Assembly: GCA_965199495.1 (NCBI GenBank)
Contig: CBDASK010000003.1
Location: 1,948,443-2,012,442, forward strand
DNA length: 64,000 nt
Direction of reading: 5' to 3'
DNA from: Abditibacterium sp.
GTDB lineage: Bacteria > Armatimonadota > Abditibacteriia > Abditibacteriales > Abditibacteriaceae
Position numbers and translations under genes: made by a program. Under the pieces are notes generated by a model that was not told the DNA's origin, made no database searches, and saw only the letters and a program-made list of their open reading frames with translations. Within the stretch, counting starts at the first letter, position 1; every line of letters starts with the position of its first letter. Shown piece by piece: positions 28,640 through 37,405 of the stretch.

Positions 28640-29119
28640 ATGTCCGCGAAAATCGTTCAAATCAATGTCAACGCCAAAGGCGGCGTGCCCAAATTGCCCG
28701 TCGAACAAACGCGTCTGGGTTTCGAGCGCGTCGAAGGCGATAAACAGCGCAACCTGCGCGTTCACGGCGGGCCAAAGCGCGCGGTGTGTTTGTATTCGCT
28801 CGAAATCATCGAGAAACTGCGCGATGAAGGCCATCCGATTGAAAGCGGTTGGGCGGGCGAAAACTTGCTCGTTTCCGGTTTAAAATGGGACGAAATGGTG
28901 CCCGGCGTGCGCTTGCAAATTGGCGAGGCACAAATCGAGATTACGTCTTATGCCAATCCATGCAAGTTCATCGGCTACGCGTTTACAGACGACGATTTCA
29001 ATCGCATTGGCCAGAAGCAGCATCCGGGTTGGAGCCGCATTTACGGACGCGTGACAACCGAAGCGCAAGTCAAGGTGGGCGATGAAGTGCGCGTTTTGAT
29101 TGATGAATCGGATGCCTAA
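28640..29119 (+). CDS. MOSC domain protein (YiiM-like)
   Basis: MSAKIVQINV...GDKQRNLRVHGGPKRAVCLYSLE matches the MOSC beta-barrel signature. The ORF track offers an upstream TTG at 28598. Confidence 0.6.
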   Translation: MSAKIVQINVNAKGGVPKLPVEQTRLGFERVEGDKQRNLRVHGGPKRAVCLYSLEIIEKLRDEGHPIESGWAGENLLVSGLKWDEMVPGVRLQIGEAQIEITSYANPCKFIGYAFTDDDFNRIGQKQHPGWSRIYGRVTTEAQVKVGDEVRVLIDESDA

Positions 29120-29173
29120 ATTTGCGCACTCAAGTGCGCGCGATGCGCCCTATGATTCGTCAGACTTGGCGCC

Positions 29174-29689
29174 ATGTCAATTTCTCAAAATTGGATCGCA
29201 AAATTCGCCGGACGCGTTTTGGCGAGCGCGTTTATCGGTGGATTTTTCACCGCAATTACCGGCGCGCTGTGTGTAGCCACGGCGGGCGCGTTGTTCGGTT
29301 GGATGCTCGATATTCGCAGCACGCCGCCCAGTTGGGACGGCGGATTTCTGTTTCCCGGCGCGTGGCTGGGCGCCACTTTAGGCAGTTATAGCGGATTCGT
29401 TGGCCTCTTCGCGGGCGGCGTGGCGGCATTAGGCGGCGGGCCGAAAGGCTCGATTGTGCCGTCGCGCGCTTTACTTCGTAACATCGCGTTGGGCCAGATA
29501 TTAGGCACGGTGAGCGCGGTTTCCTCTTATTTGTTGTTCGCCCTGTGCGTTGCGCAATTCAACGGCAACTCGTTTATCGGCACCGTCGAAGACAATCTCG
29601 AACTGGCGATTTATGGCGTGCCAGTTTCGATGGTTTGCGGTGCGATTATGGGCGCAATTTCGGGACGCGCCAACGGGGCAACGCGATGA
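29174..29689 (+). CDS. glycine-zipper small membrane protein, paralog A of a three-member family
   Basis: 171 aa. N-terminus AGRVLASAFIGG, Gly-rich TM helices, and a conserved C-terminal VPVSMVCGAIMGAISGR shared with 29686..30183 and 32850..33380. Confidence 0.55.
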   Translation: MSISQNWIAKFAGRVLASAFIGGFFTAITGALCVATAGALFGWMLDIRSTPPSWDGGFLFPGAWLGATLGSYSGFVGLFAGGVAALGGGPKGSIVPSRALLRNIALGQILGTVSAVSSYLLFALCVAQFNGNSFIGTVEDNLELAIYGVPVSMVCGAIMGAISGRANGATR

Positions 29690-30183
29690 ACAACGCGCGA
29701 TTATTTGCGCTTTGGCTGATTCGCGTTTTAGTCAATGCGCTGGCGGGCGGTTTGGCGTTCGCGGTTGTCGGCGCGTTTTGCGGCGGCGGTGCGGTCTTAT
29801 TTCCCGCCCTGATTATTTGCTTGCTCGAACATATTGGAATGGGTGAAGGCTCCATATTAGGAGTTATCATCGGCGCAAGTCTCGGAACAATATGCGGAAT
29901 CGCGGGCATTTTTATTCATCTTTTTTTTGCATTAGGCGCGGAACCGGGCAAGTTCTGGCAACCATTCGTTGGCCTAACGGCGCGTATATCATGGGGGCAG
30001 ATAGGAGGCACAATCGCCGCCTCTGCCGCGTTTATCGCATTTGAGTTAGTTCGGTCACAATTCAATAGGGTCGAATTTTCTAACAATATTGGCAAAGACT
30101 GTATCCCGATTCTTTCCACTTTTTTCGTTCCCATTTCGATGATCCTCGGCGCCATCGCCGCCGCGATTTTGGGGCGCGATTAA
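29686..30183 (+). CDS. glycine-zipper small membrane protein, paralog B
   Basis: 165 aa. Start overlaps the stop of paralog A (ATGA). LIRVLVNALAGG N-terminus and VPISMILGAIAAAILGRD C-terminus. Confidence 0.55.
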   Translation: MNNARLFALWLIRVLVNALAGGLAFAVVGAFCGGGAVLFPALIICLLEHIGMGEGSILGVIIGASLGTICGIAGIFIHLFFALGAEPGKFWQPFVGLTARISWGQIGGTIAASAAFIAFELVRSQFNRVEFSNNIGKDCIPILSTFFVPISMILGAIAAAILGRD

Positions 30184-30352
30184 ACCGCAAAACCGTCGCG
30201 TCCGATTATACTAAATCGTGATATTTCACTTATGGCCGATTCGCCTTGCGGAGCGCCGCGAAAGTCGTAAAATCATCATTGGTTATCCCTTCTGAGGATT
30301 TATCTCCCCACCAGGGTTTGTGCTAAAACCGCGCACTTCGAGGCGCACCGGC

Positions 30353-31099
30353 ATGAACCTCTATCTCTTATTTTTCGCAACGGGCGCACTGGGAATGGTC
30401 GCTATGGCCATTCTCGGAGTCGCCGGAAGTCACGGCGGTGGGCACGCGCATAGCAGCCACGGCGCCACTTCTCATTCTCACGCGGGCGCGGCTCATGCCG
30501 CCACGCACATCGCTGTCGTCGGACGCGGCGCGGCGGGCGCGCGCATCGCGGGCGCCAAAGTTGGTGGCGCGCGCGTGACCGGTGCGAAAACTTCCGGCGC
30601 GCGCGCGAGCGGCGCGCGTGGCAATCGTGGCGCGCGGGCCAATGCTGGCGGGCGCGGCAGTTTCAAAGACGCGCTCGCAAGTTGGCTTTCGCCGCGCGTT
30701 TTGTTCACCGTTGCGCTGGGCATCGGCGCGACGGGCTTGTTGTTAGAGCCAGTTCTCTCCAACGAAATCGCGCGCGCGGCGTTGTCCGTCGCGGGCGGAT
30801 TATTGCTGGAAAAAGCGATTGTGGCGCCGTTATGGGAACTGCTGATGCGGTTCGGTTCGTCGCCCGCGCGCACGCTCGAAAGCGCTGTTTTGGAAGAAGC
30901 CGTCGCGCTCACGGCGTTCGATTCCAGCGGTTGCGGCCTGGTTGCAATTACGCTCGACGGCCACGAAATGCGCGCTCTGGCGCGCCTCAAACCCGGCGAA
31001 GGTTTGCCGCCGCCGCGCGTGCGGACGGGCGATGTTCTCATCGTCGAAAGCGTTGATGCCACGCGCGGTCAATGCGTTGTTTCAGCTCTGGGCGAATAA
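30353..31099 (+). CDS. NfeD-like membrane protein with C-terminal OB-fold, carrying a His/Gly-Ala-Arg low-complexity insert
   Basis: N-terminal TM, low-complexity (GA[RK]xx)n segment, C-terminal beta-barrel GLVAITLDGHEMRALARLKPGEGLPPPRVRTGDVLIVESVDATRGQCVV typical of the NfeD short form. Immediately upstream of a flotillin gene. Confidence 0.6.
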   Translation: MNLYLLFFATGALGMVAMAILGVAGSHGGGHAHSSHGATSHSHAGAAHAATHIAVVGRGAAGARIAGAKVGGARVTGAKTSGARASGARGNRGARANAGGRGSFKDALASWLSPRVLFTVALGIGATGLLLEPVLSNEIARAALSVAGGLLLEKAIVAPLWELLMRFGSSPARTLESAVLEEAVALTAFDSSGCGLVAITLDGHEMRALARLKPGEGLPPPRVRTGDVLIVESVDATRGQCVVSALGE

Positions 31100-31237
31100 A
31101 TTCGCAGCCAGAAAAAATCGTCGGCCTGCGCCGACGGGTCGCAACTGCTATTGCGACGAACTGTTCTTCGGACAAGTAATTTCTTCGCGTCGGCGTAGGC
31201 CGACGCTTATGCTGGCTGCGAATTTATTCGCTCCACA
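31093..31237. repeat. nested inverted repeat in nfeD-flotillin spacer
   Basis: Outer arms gcgaataaattcgcagccag / ctggctgcgaatttattcgc. Each flanks an internal local hairpin (cgtcggcctgcgccgacg and cgtcggcgtaggccgacg). Confidence 0.6.
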
Positions 31238-31258
31238 ACCCAATTTCCAAAAACCAAA

Positions 31259-32743
31259 ATGTCTCCACTCATCATTATCGGCGCCGTATTGCTGATCCTT
31301 CTGTTCATTGTTCCGCTCACCGTCACCTCGTTTTTGCGCAACGTCGAGGCCGGAACCATCCGCCTCGTCACGCGCTGGGGCGGCACCACAACGATTTATC
31401 GCGGGCCGGGCAAATCGTTTGAAATTCCGCTTTTCACGACCGGAACCACGATTTCGTCCAAAGCCATCAACGTTGACCTCGACATCACCGACCAAACCGC
31501 CGACCTCGACCGCAACGGCATTCCCGCGCCCATTAAAGTGCGCGTTTTGGCTTCGGCCATCGTTTCGGTTGGCGATACCGACAGCCTGATTCAGACCGGC
31601 GCCAACCGCTTTTTCTCCAAGCCGCAAAACGAACAAATCAACATTTTGATTGATTTGTTGTCATCGTCGGGCCGCCGCGCGGTCAACTTGCTGACGCACG
31701 ACCAACTGTTTTCGGCGAAAAGTTCGACGCCTCAGGCTGCCATCGAACCGGCTTCGACGGCGATTCAGGCGCACGCCGCCGAAGACGACGACGATCCGTT
31801 GGCAATTATCATTCGCAAAGCCTGTTCGCGCGAGCTGACCGATTTGGGCTTGATTTTCAATTCGCTCAACATCAAAGTCGTGCAATCGGAAGTCGCCGAA
31901 GCGCGCCGCCGCATGAGCGCCGTCGAAGCCCAAGCCAACGCCGACATCGTCGCCGCCAACCAAGCGCGCCGCTCGCAGGAAGCCAAAATCGAAGCCGAAC
32001 GCGCCATCTCCGACGCGCAACGCGGTCTGGAAGAAAACAAAGCCGCCAACGCCGCTTTGGTTCAAGAAGCCGAAATCAAGAAAGTTCAGGCGCTCGAAAT
32101 CGCCGAAGCCAAACGCAAAGAGGCCGCTTCGACGGCTCAGGCCAGCGCCGACATCATCGCCGCGCAACAGGCGTTGCGCGCGCGCGAAGCCCAATTGGAA
32201 GCCGACAGCAAAGTCTCGAACGCGCAGCGCGAACTCGAAACCACGCGCGCTGGCAACCTGGCTTTGGTCGCCGCCGCCGAAGCCAAACGTCAAGACGCTT
32301 TGGCGATTCAGCGCACCGCCGAACTTAAAGCCACGCAAATCGCGCAAGCCACCGCCGACGCCGAGCGCGTAAAAATTGACGCGATGGCGGGCGCCGAAGC
32401 CGAAGCCGTGCGCATCGAACGCGTCGCCACGGCGCAGGCGCAAAGCATCCGCGAAGTCAACAAAGCGATCAGCGAAGGCGGCGAAGCGTATTTGCGCTTG
32501 CGCCAACTCGAACTGATGCCCGAAATCGCGCCCGAAATCGCGAGGGCGTTGGCGCAGGCCAAAATGATCACGATTAGCGGAAGCGGCGACGCGGCCAATC
32601 AGACGACCGGCCAGATTTCGCAGGTGATTCAAACGATGCTCGCCGCGCAATTGGTGGGCAAAGGTGGCGCGCTCGATATGAATAACACGCCCGCATTGAA
32701 CGGCAACGGCAACGGCGTGGCTGCTAACGGCGCGGAGAAATAA
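31259..32743 (+). CDS. flotillin-like SPFH/Band 7 protein (FloT/YqiK-like)
   Basis: N-terminal TM, SPFH domain, then a long Ala/Glu/Gln-rich coiled coil (EAQANADIVAANQARRSQEAKIEAERA...) and C-terminal segment, as in bacterial flotillins. Confidence 0.8.
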   Translation: MSPLIIIGAVLLILLFIVPLTVTSFLRNVEAGTIRLVTRWGGTTTIYRGPGKSFEIPLFTTGTTISSKAINVDLDITDQTADLDRNGIPAPIKVRVLASAIVSVGDTDSLIQTGANRFFSKPQNEQINILIDLLSSSGRRAVNLLTHDQLFSAKSSTPQAAIEPASTAIQAHAAEDDDDPLAIIIRKACSRELTDLGLIFNSLNIKVVQSEVAEARRRMSAVEAQANADIVAANQARRSQEAKIEAERAISDAQRGLEENKAANAALVQEAEIKKVQALEIAEAKRKEAASTAQASADIIAAQQALRAREAQLEADSKVSNAQRELETTRAGNLALVAAAEAKRQDALAIQRTAELKATQIAQATADAERVKIDAMAGAEAEAVRIERVATAQAQSIREVNKAISEGGEAYLRLRQLELMPEIAPEIARALAQAKMITISGSGDAANQTTGQISQVIQTMLAAQLVGKGGALDMNNTPALNGNGNGVAANGAEK

Positions 32744-32746
32744 ATG

Positions 32747-32833
32747 CAAAGAGCGGGGCTGACGCACCCTTCCAATCTGTATGCTTTCGATGAAAGCATA
32801 CAGATTGGAAGGGTGCGTCAGCCCCGCTCTTTG
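32747..32833. repeat. perfect 41-bp palindrome (4-nt loop) immediately after flotillin stop
   Basis: caaagagcggggctgacgcacccttccaatctgtatgctttc gatg gaaagcatacagattggaagggtgcgtcagccccgctctttg. Likely a strong terminator or processing hairpin. Confidence 0.75.
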
Positions 32834-32849
32834 CGTCACACTTGCAATT

Positions 32850-33380
32850 ATGAAATCTGACGCGCGCTGGATGACGATATTGGCGGGCCGCGTTCTGGCG
32901 AATGCGCTTGTTGGCGGCATAACTTTCGCATTCGTTGGTGCGTTATGTGTCGGCTTAGCGGGTGGAATTATTGGCATAGCTTTGGATGGGTGGTCGCGCA
33001 CCTTCAGTCCTGCAGCAGGTTATGGATTTTTTGGTGCATTTATTGGCGCCAAAGTGGGAGCATTCGACGGAATTGTGGGCGTCTTTCTCTTCGCGATTGC
33101 GACGATTCGAGCAAAACCGGGACGTTTATTAAAGCCGTTTAGTGCGCTTATCGGACGCGTAATTACAGGACAAATTACAGGCACAATGGGCGCGCTCACT
33201 TCTTTCATGATATTCGAGTTTGTTAAAACCCTGATAATAAGCCGAGGTTTTTCCCAAAACGTTTTTGATGATTTACTCTGGATATTGTTCGGCACGCCCA
33301 TCCTGATGATTTGCGGCGCCATCGCTGGAGCGTTAACCAAACGCGATTTGCCCAAAGTCGCCACACTTAATGCGGAATGA
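32850..33380 (+). CDS. glycine-zipper small membrane protein, paralog C
   Basis: MKSDARWMTILAGRVLANALVGG aligns with paralog A MSISQNWIAKFAGRVLASAFIGG. C-terminus TPILMICGAIAGALTKRD. Stop overlaps the hisB start (ATGA). Confidence 0.55.
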   Translation: MKSDARWMTILAGRVLANALVGGITFAFVGALCVGLAGGIIGIALDGWSRTFSPAAGYGFFGAFIGAKVGAFDGIVGVFLFAIATIRAKPGRLLKPFSALIGRVITGQITGTMGALTSFMIFEFVKTLIISRGFSQNVFDDLLWILFGTPILMICGAIAGALTKRDLPKVATLNAE

Positions 33381-33973
33381 GAACTTCGCACATCACGCGC
33401 AACACCAACGAAACGCAAATCGAACTCGAACTCAACCTCGACGGTTCGGGAAAATTCGACATCAATTTGCCCGACGCGGCGGGTCTGCCGTTTCTGGCGC
33501 ATATGCTCGAACAATGGACGCGGCACGGGCGTTTCGATTTGACGATTCGCGCGACCGGCGACACCGAAATTGACGGGCATCATCTGGTGGAAGATTTGGG
33601 CATCGCCTTAGGTTTGGCCTTAAACGAAGCGGTCGGCGATAAACGCGGCATCGCGCGTTACGGGTTTTTCATCGCGCCGATGGACGAAGTGTTGATGCTG
33701 TGCGCCGTTGATTTTTGCGGGCGCGCTTATTTGCAGCTCGATTGGGAATTGAAGCAAGATCGGTTGGGCGATTTCGACGTGCATCTGTTGCGCGAATTTT
33801 GGCTCGGACTGGCCAACAACGCGCGTATCAATTTGCATATTCGGCAGCAAACTGGTGGCAACGCGCATCATGTTATCGAAGCGAGTTTCAAAGCATTGGC
33901 GCGCGCGATGCGCGCGGCGCTTGCGGTTGATGGCGACGAATTGCCGACGACGAAAGGCAAATTGGGCGAGTAG
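33377..33973 (+). CDS. hisB: imidazoleglycerol-phosphate dehydratase
   Basis: RNTNETQIELELNLDGSGKFDINLPDAAGLPFLAHMLEQWTRHG...DGHHLVEDLGIALG is the canonical IGPD signature. Confidence 0.9.
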   Translation: MRTSHITRNTNETQIELELNLDGSGKFDINLPDAAGLPFLAHMLEQWTRHGRFDLTIRATGDTEIDGHHLVEDLGIALGLALNEAVGDKRGIARYGFFIAPMDEVLMLCAVDFCGRAYLQLDWELKQDRLGDFDVHLLREFWLGLANNARINLHIRQQTGGNAHHVIEASFKALARAMRAALAVDGDELPTTKGKLGE

Positions 33974-33988
33974 CAACTTTCAGTTTTT

Positions 33989-34100
33989 ATTTCACACAAA
34001 GAACACGAAGTTTACACAAAGTTCACACAAAAAAATTTTATTTCAATGCTCCAAGTTTGCTTCAAACTCTTTGTGTTCTTTGTGTGAGCTTCGTGTTCTT
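33989..34100. repeat. about 40-bp inverted repeat of CACAAAGAACACGAAG modules with 35-nt AT-rich loop
   Basis: atttcacacaaagaacacgaagtttacacaaagttcacacaaa ... ctttgtgttctttgtgtgagcttcgtgttctttgtgtgaaat. Lies between hisB and the next gene. Confidence 0.7.
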
Positions 34101-34118
34101 TGTGTGAAATAAACGTTT

Positions 34119-34571
34119 ATGATTCAAGACCACTGGACGACCGTCGCGCACGCGCAATTGGAAGCGATTGCCGAAATGATGCGCGGTCGCTTGGAAGCTG
34201 AGGGCATCGAAGCGGTTTTGCGCGGCAACCGTGTCGCAGGCGCGGCGGGTGTCGTCAATGAATTGAACATTTCGTGGAGTAATCCTCTGGGCGGCATCGA
34301 AGTGCGCGTGCGGCCCGAAGATGTCGAACGAGCGAAAGAAATTTTGGCGGTTGACGAGCGGGCCGCAGACGAGCCACGGCGCCGGTTGGAAACGCCGTGG
34401 TGGGCACAAGCCTTGGGCGCGTGGTATGGCGCCGTGGCTGGATTAATGGTGGCTGGCATTTTCCAGCCACCAGGAATTTGGATTTCGGTCGTGGCGGCAA
34501 TCGCAGGTTATGCGTTGGTTTTGTGGATTGGACGGCGGCGCGGGACACACAACGATTCCGAGCCAATTTAG
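34119..34571 (+). CDS. DUF2007-like (putative signal-transducing) domain fused to 2 TM helices, hypothetical
   Basis: 150 aa. The N-terminal 70 aa resemble DUF2007 (LEAEGIEAVLRG...VRVRPEDVERAKEIL). C-terminal hydrophobic segments. Confidence 0.45.
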   Translation: MIQDHWTTVAHAQLEAIAEMMRGRLEAEGIEAVLRGNRVAGAAGVVNELNISWSNPLGGIEVRVRPEDVERAKEILAVDERAADEPRRRLETPWWAQALGAWYGAVAGLMVAGIFQPPGIWISVVAAIAGYALVLWIGRRRGTHNDSEPI

Positions 34572-34634
34572 CCCGCGCGCAACACAAACGCGGTAAACCT
34601 ACTTTCACGTTTGGCCGTTGCAATGGCCCTTAGC

Positions 34635-35240
34635 ATGATTACGATTCTCGATTATTCGGTTAACAACCTGCGCTCGGTGCAAAAAGCCTTTGAGCATCTG
34701 GGCCACAAAACTCAAGTGACCGCCGATCCCGACATCGTCGCGCGCGCCGAAAAATTGGTTTTGCCCGGCGTCGGCGCCTTCGGGCACGCGATGAAAAACC
34801 TGCGCGAACGCGAGTTAATCGAACCGGTTTTAGAAGCCGTCACATCGGGCAAAACTATCATGGGCGTTTGCCTGGGCATGCAACTGTTGTTCGATTGGAG
34901 CGAAGAACTGGGGTTGCATCAGGGTTTGGGAATAGTGGCGGGCAAAGTCGTTAAATTTCCCGATGTGCCCGATTTGAAAGTGCCACACATGGGCTGGAGT
35001 CGTTTGGATTTCCCGCGTCCCTCGCGCTTATTTTCCGGCTTGGAAAACGGCGATATGACGTATTTCGTGCATTCCTATCATGTTTTGCCCGAAGACGAAA
35101 ACGTAATCGTGGCGCGCGGGCATCACGGGACGCCGTTTGTCGCGGGTGTCGAGCGCGGGAATGTGATGGGCGCGCAGTTTCACCCGGAAAAATCGAGCGC
35201 GGTCGGGCTGAAAATTTTGGATAATTTTGGGAGACTTTAA
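34635..35240 (+). CDS. hisH: imidazole glycerol phosphate synthase, glutamine amidotransferase subunit
   Basis: MITILDYSVNNLRSV...LPGVGAFG...GVCLGMQLL (catalytic Cys)...HPEKS. The ORF track starts 24 nt upstream at a TTG. Confidence 0.85.
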   Translation: MITILDYSVNNLRSVQKAFEHLGHKTQVTADPDIVARAEKLVLPGVGAFGHAMKNLRERELIEPVLEAVTSGKTIMGVCLGMQLLFDWSEELGLHQGLGIVAGKVVKFPDVPDLKVPHMGWSRLDFPRPSRLFSGLENGDMTYFVHSYHVLPEDENVIVARGHHGTPFVAGVERGNVMGAQFHPEKSSAVGLKILDNFGRL

Positions 35241-35807
35241 ATGGAAAAGCAAAAGGCGCAGGAGATTTTGAGCGCGGCGCGCGAGCATGGAAACCTCGTG
35301 TCGGTTTATCAGAGTTACTATTCGATCAATTTTTCGGCGGGTTTTGTCAGCGCCTTTTCCGACGATGAAGTCGTCATCGAAAGCCTGACGCCGCGCGGGC
35401 AATGTAGCGGTTGGCTGTCGCGCAAATTCGATAATATCGTGCGCATTGACACCGGCGGGCGCTACGAAGAAACGCTGCTTTCGTTGCACCGCGCGCGTGG
35501 CGGCGGGCATCGCGCCGATTTTTTGCCGACGCTCGATTTGACCAGCAACGTGCGCGTCGAAATGCTGCTGGCCGCGCGCGGGCACGATTACGCGGTGCGC
35601 ATTGATACCGGCGCCGAAGAGGATATTCGCGGTTTCGTGCGCGAAGTTGGGCCGGAAACGGTTTCCATCGAAAAGTTCAATTTGCACGGACAAAGCGACG
35701 GCGATTGCACGCTCGATATGGACATCATTGACGGCATTTACGTGGACGACGATGAATTGCAGGATTTAAAATTACTGGCGCGCTGGCACGATATGCCGCC
35801 GGTTTAG
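35241..35807 (+). CDS. hypothetical protein with internal duplication (VRIDTG repeats)
   Basis: 188 aa. The ATG directly abuts the hisH stop. Two similar halves each contain VRIDTG (NIVRIDTGGRYEE, YAVRIDTGAEEDIRG). No match to HisA, which sits in this position in most his operons. Confidence 0.5.
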   Translation: MEKQKAQEILSAAREHGNLVSVYQSYYSINFSAGFVSAFSDDEVVIESLTPRGQCSGWLSRKFDNIVRIDTGGRYEETLLSLHRARGGGHRADFLPTLDLTSNVRVEMLLAARGHDYAVRIDTGAEEDIRGFVREVGPETVSIEKFNLHGQSDGDCTLDMDIIDGIYVDDDELQDLKLLARWHDMPPV

Positions 35808-35827
35808 ATGCGACATAAACTGCGCCC

Positions 35828-36190
35828 ATGACCGCTACTTCGCGCGAGCAAATCGCGCCTTATGTCACCGCCGACGGCTCGACGATTCGCGAACTGCTCA
35901 ACGCCGCCAATTCGCCGATGACGAACCAGAGTTTGGCCGAAGCGACATTAATTCCCGGCCAGCAGACGGCGCGCCATTTTCATCCGCAGTCGCAGGAGAT
36001 TTATTTCATCTTGAGCGGGCGTGGCTGCCTGACGATTGGCGATGAAATGCGCGAGGTGCAAAGCGGCGATGCCATCGCAATTGCGGCGGGACAGGCGCAT
36101 TGTGTCGAAAATATCGGCGCGGGCGAGCTGCGTTTGTTGTGCTGTTGCGCGCCCGCCTACTCGCACGAAGACACAGTTTTGTGCCCCTAA
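35828..36190 (+). CDS. cupin domain protein
   Basis: 120 aa. Cupin motifs G(x)5HxH-like (ARHFHPQSQEIYFILSGRG) and GDAIAIAAGQAHCVEN. Confidence 0.6.
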   Translation: MTATSREQIAPYVTADGSTIRELLNAANSPMTNQSLAEATLIPGQQTARHFHPQSQEIYFILSGRGCLTIGDEMREVQSGDAIAIAAGQAHCVENIGAGELRLLCCCAPAYSHEDTVLCP

Positions 36191-36317
36191 TTTGCTCTGT
36201 TCGAGCGTGACAAAACCAGTGACGGGTTGTGCGCACTGCCACTGGTGCGGCATCCTTAATGCTTGGCAGAAAAGTTCTCCAACGGAGCGAACGGCAAAAA
36301 TTAAAACAGGAAAAACT

Positions 36318-37346
36318 ATGGCGCTATTTGGTAAAAAGAAAGCGGCGGCAACTCCCGCCCCTCAACCCAATCCCGAAGATGACATTCAGGTCATGGGCGG
36401 CGACGCCGACGAAACCGGCCTCGAAGACGACGACGGCGGACAAGTCATTGACTTCGATGCCATCGCGCAAGACCTCAACGCGCACGACAACGACTCGACG
36501 ATGGATGCGTTTCTGGGCCGCAATGCCGACGCCAGTGACGATACCAGCCACGGCGCGGCAGATGTCCCTGATGCCACCAATTTAGACGATGAAATTGATT
36601 TCGGCACCAACTTCGACGCGGGCACGCCCGCAATTCCAGTTGCGACCGAAACCAATCCATTCGCTGAAACGCCCGATTTCGGCAACGCGCCCGACATCGA
36701 GCCGATAGTTCAGGCGCCCGATGTTCAGACGCCCGACGTTCAGACGCACGCGCCACCGATGACTTATACAGCGCCGATTCTGACTTCCGATTTGGCCGCC
36801 AACGGTTCGGCGCCCGCTATGAAAAAATCGGTGCCGTTGCCGATGTTGCTGGGGGCCGTTGGGCTTTTGGCGGCGTTGGGCGGCGTGGGTTACTGGGTCA
36901 CCAGCGCGAAACCAGAAACCCCAGCACCCGTCGTCGCGGCGAACCCGCCATCGGAAACCATTCCCTCGACACCCGGTGCTGCCAATGATACTATGCCCAG
37001 TGGCGCCGTGGCTGCTCCGGGCGGGCCGAGTGGCGCGGTCAATCAGGGCATCGCCGTTGACGGCGTTCCCATCACGCCCGGCGCGGTCGTTCGGCAAGCG
37101 CCCATCGGTTCCGTCGCGCCCAACACCGCGCTGGGCACCGCACCAGCCACGGCGTTGGGAGGGGCCAATGCCAACGTAACGCCCGCCGTCAAAGCACAGC
37201 TTAAAGCGTTGTGGAACAAAGGCGCCGAAGCCAAACACTCCGGCGACTTCGCCGGAGCGCGCGCCGCGTGGACGCAAATGCAAAATTTGCGTCCCAGTGC
37301 CGCCGTCAAATCGGCCATTGACAAGTTGCCGCCAGCTAAAAGATAA
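36318..37346 (+). CDS. acidic, Pro/Ala-rich single-pass membrane protein, hypothetical
   Basis: AGGA 10 bp upstream of ATG 36318. Highly acidic N-terminal 200 aa (D/E-rich, tandem PDVQT), one TM (LPMLLGAVGLLAALGGVGYWV), Pro/Ala-rich exterior. The ORF-track start 36036 is rejected because it overlaps the cupin gene. Confidence 0.5.
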   Translation: MALFGKKKAAATPAPQPNPEDDIQVMGGDADETGLEDDDGGQVIDFDAIAQDLNAHDNDSTMDAFLGRNADASDDTSHGAADVPDATNLDDEIDFGTNFDAGTPAIPVATETNPFAETPDFGNAPDIEPIVQAPDVQTPDVQTHAPPMTYTAPILTSDLAANGSAPAMKKSVPLPMLLGAVGLLAALGGVGYWVTSAKPETPAPVVAANPPSETIPSTPGAANDTMPSGAVAAPGGPSGAVNQGIAVDGVPITPGAVVRQAPIGSVAPNTALGTAPATALGGANANVTPAVKAQLKALWNKGAEAKHSGDFAGARAAWTQMQNLRPSAAVKSAIDKLPPAKR

Positions 37347-37405
37347 GAGGTAAAAGTAAGCTCTAAAAACTAAATGAGCTTACTTTTAGTCTTCATTCTT
37401 TCTTC

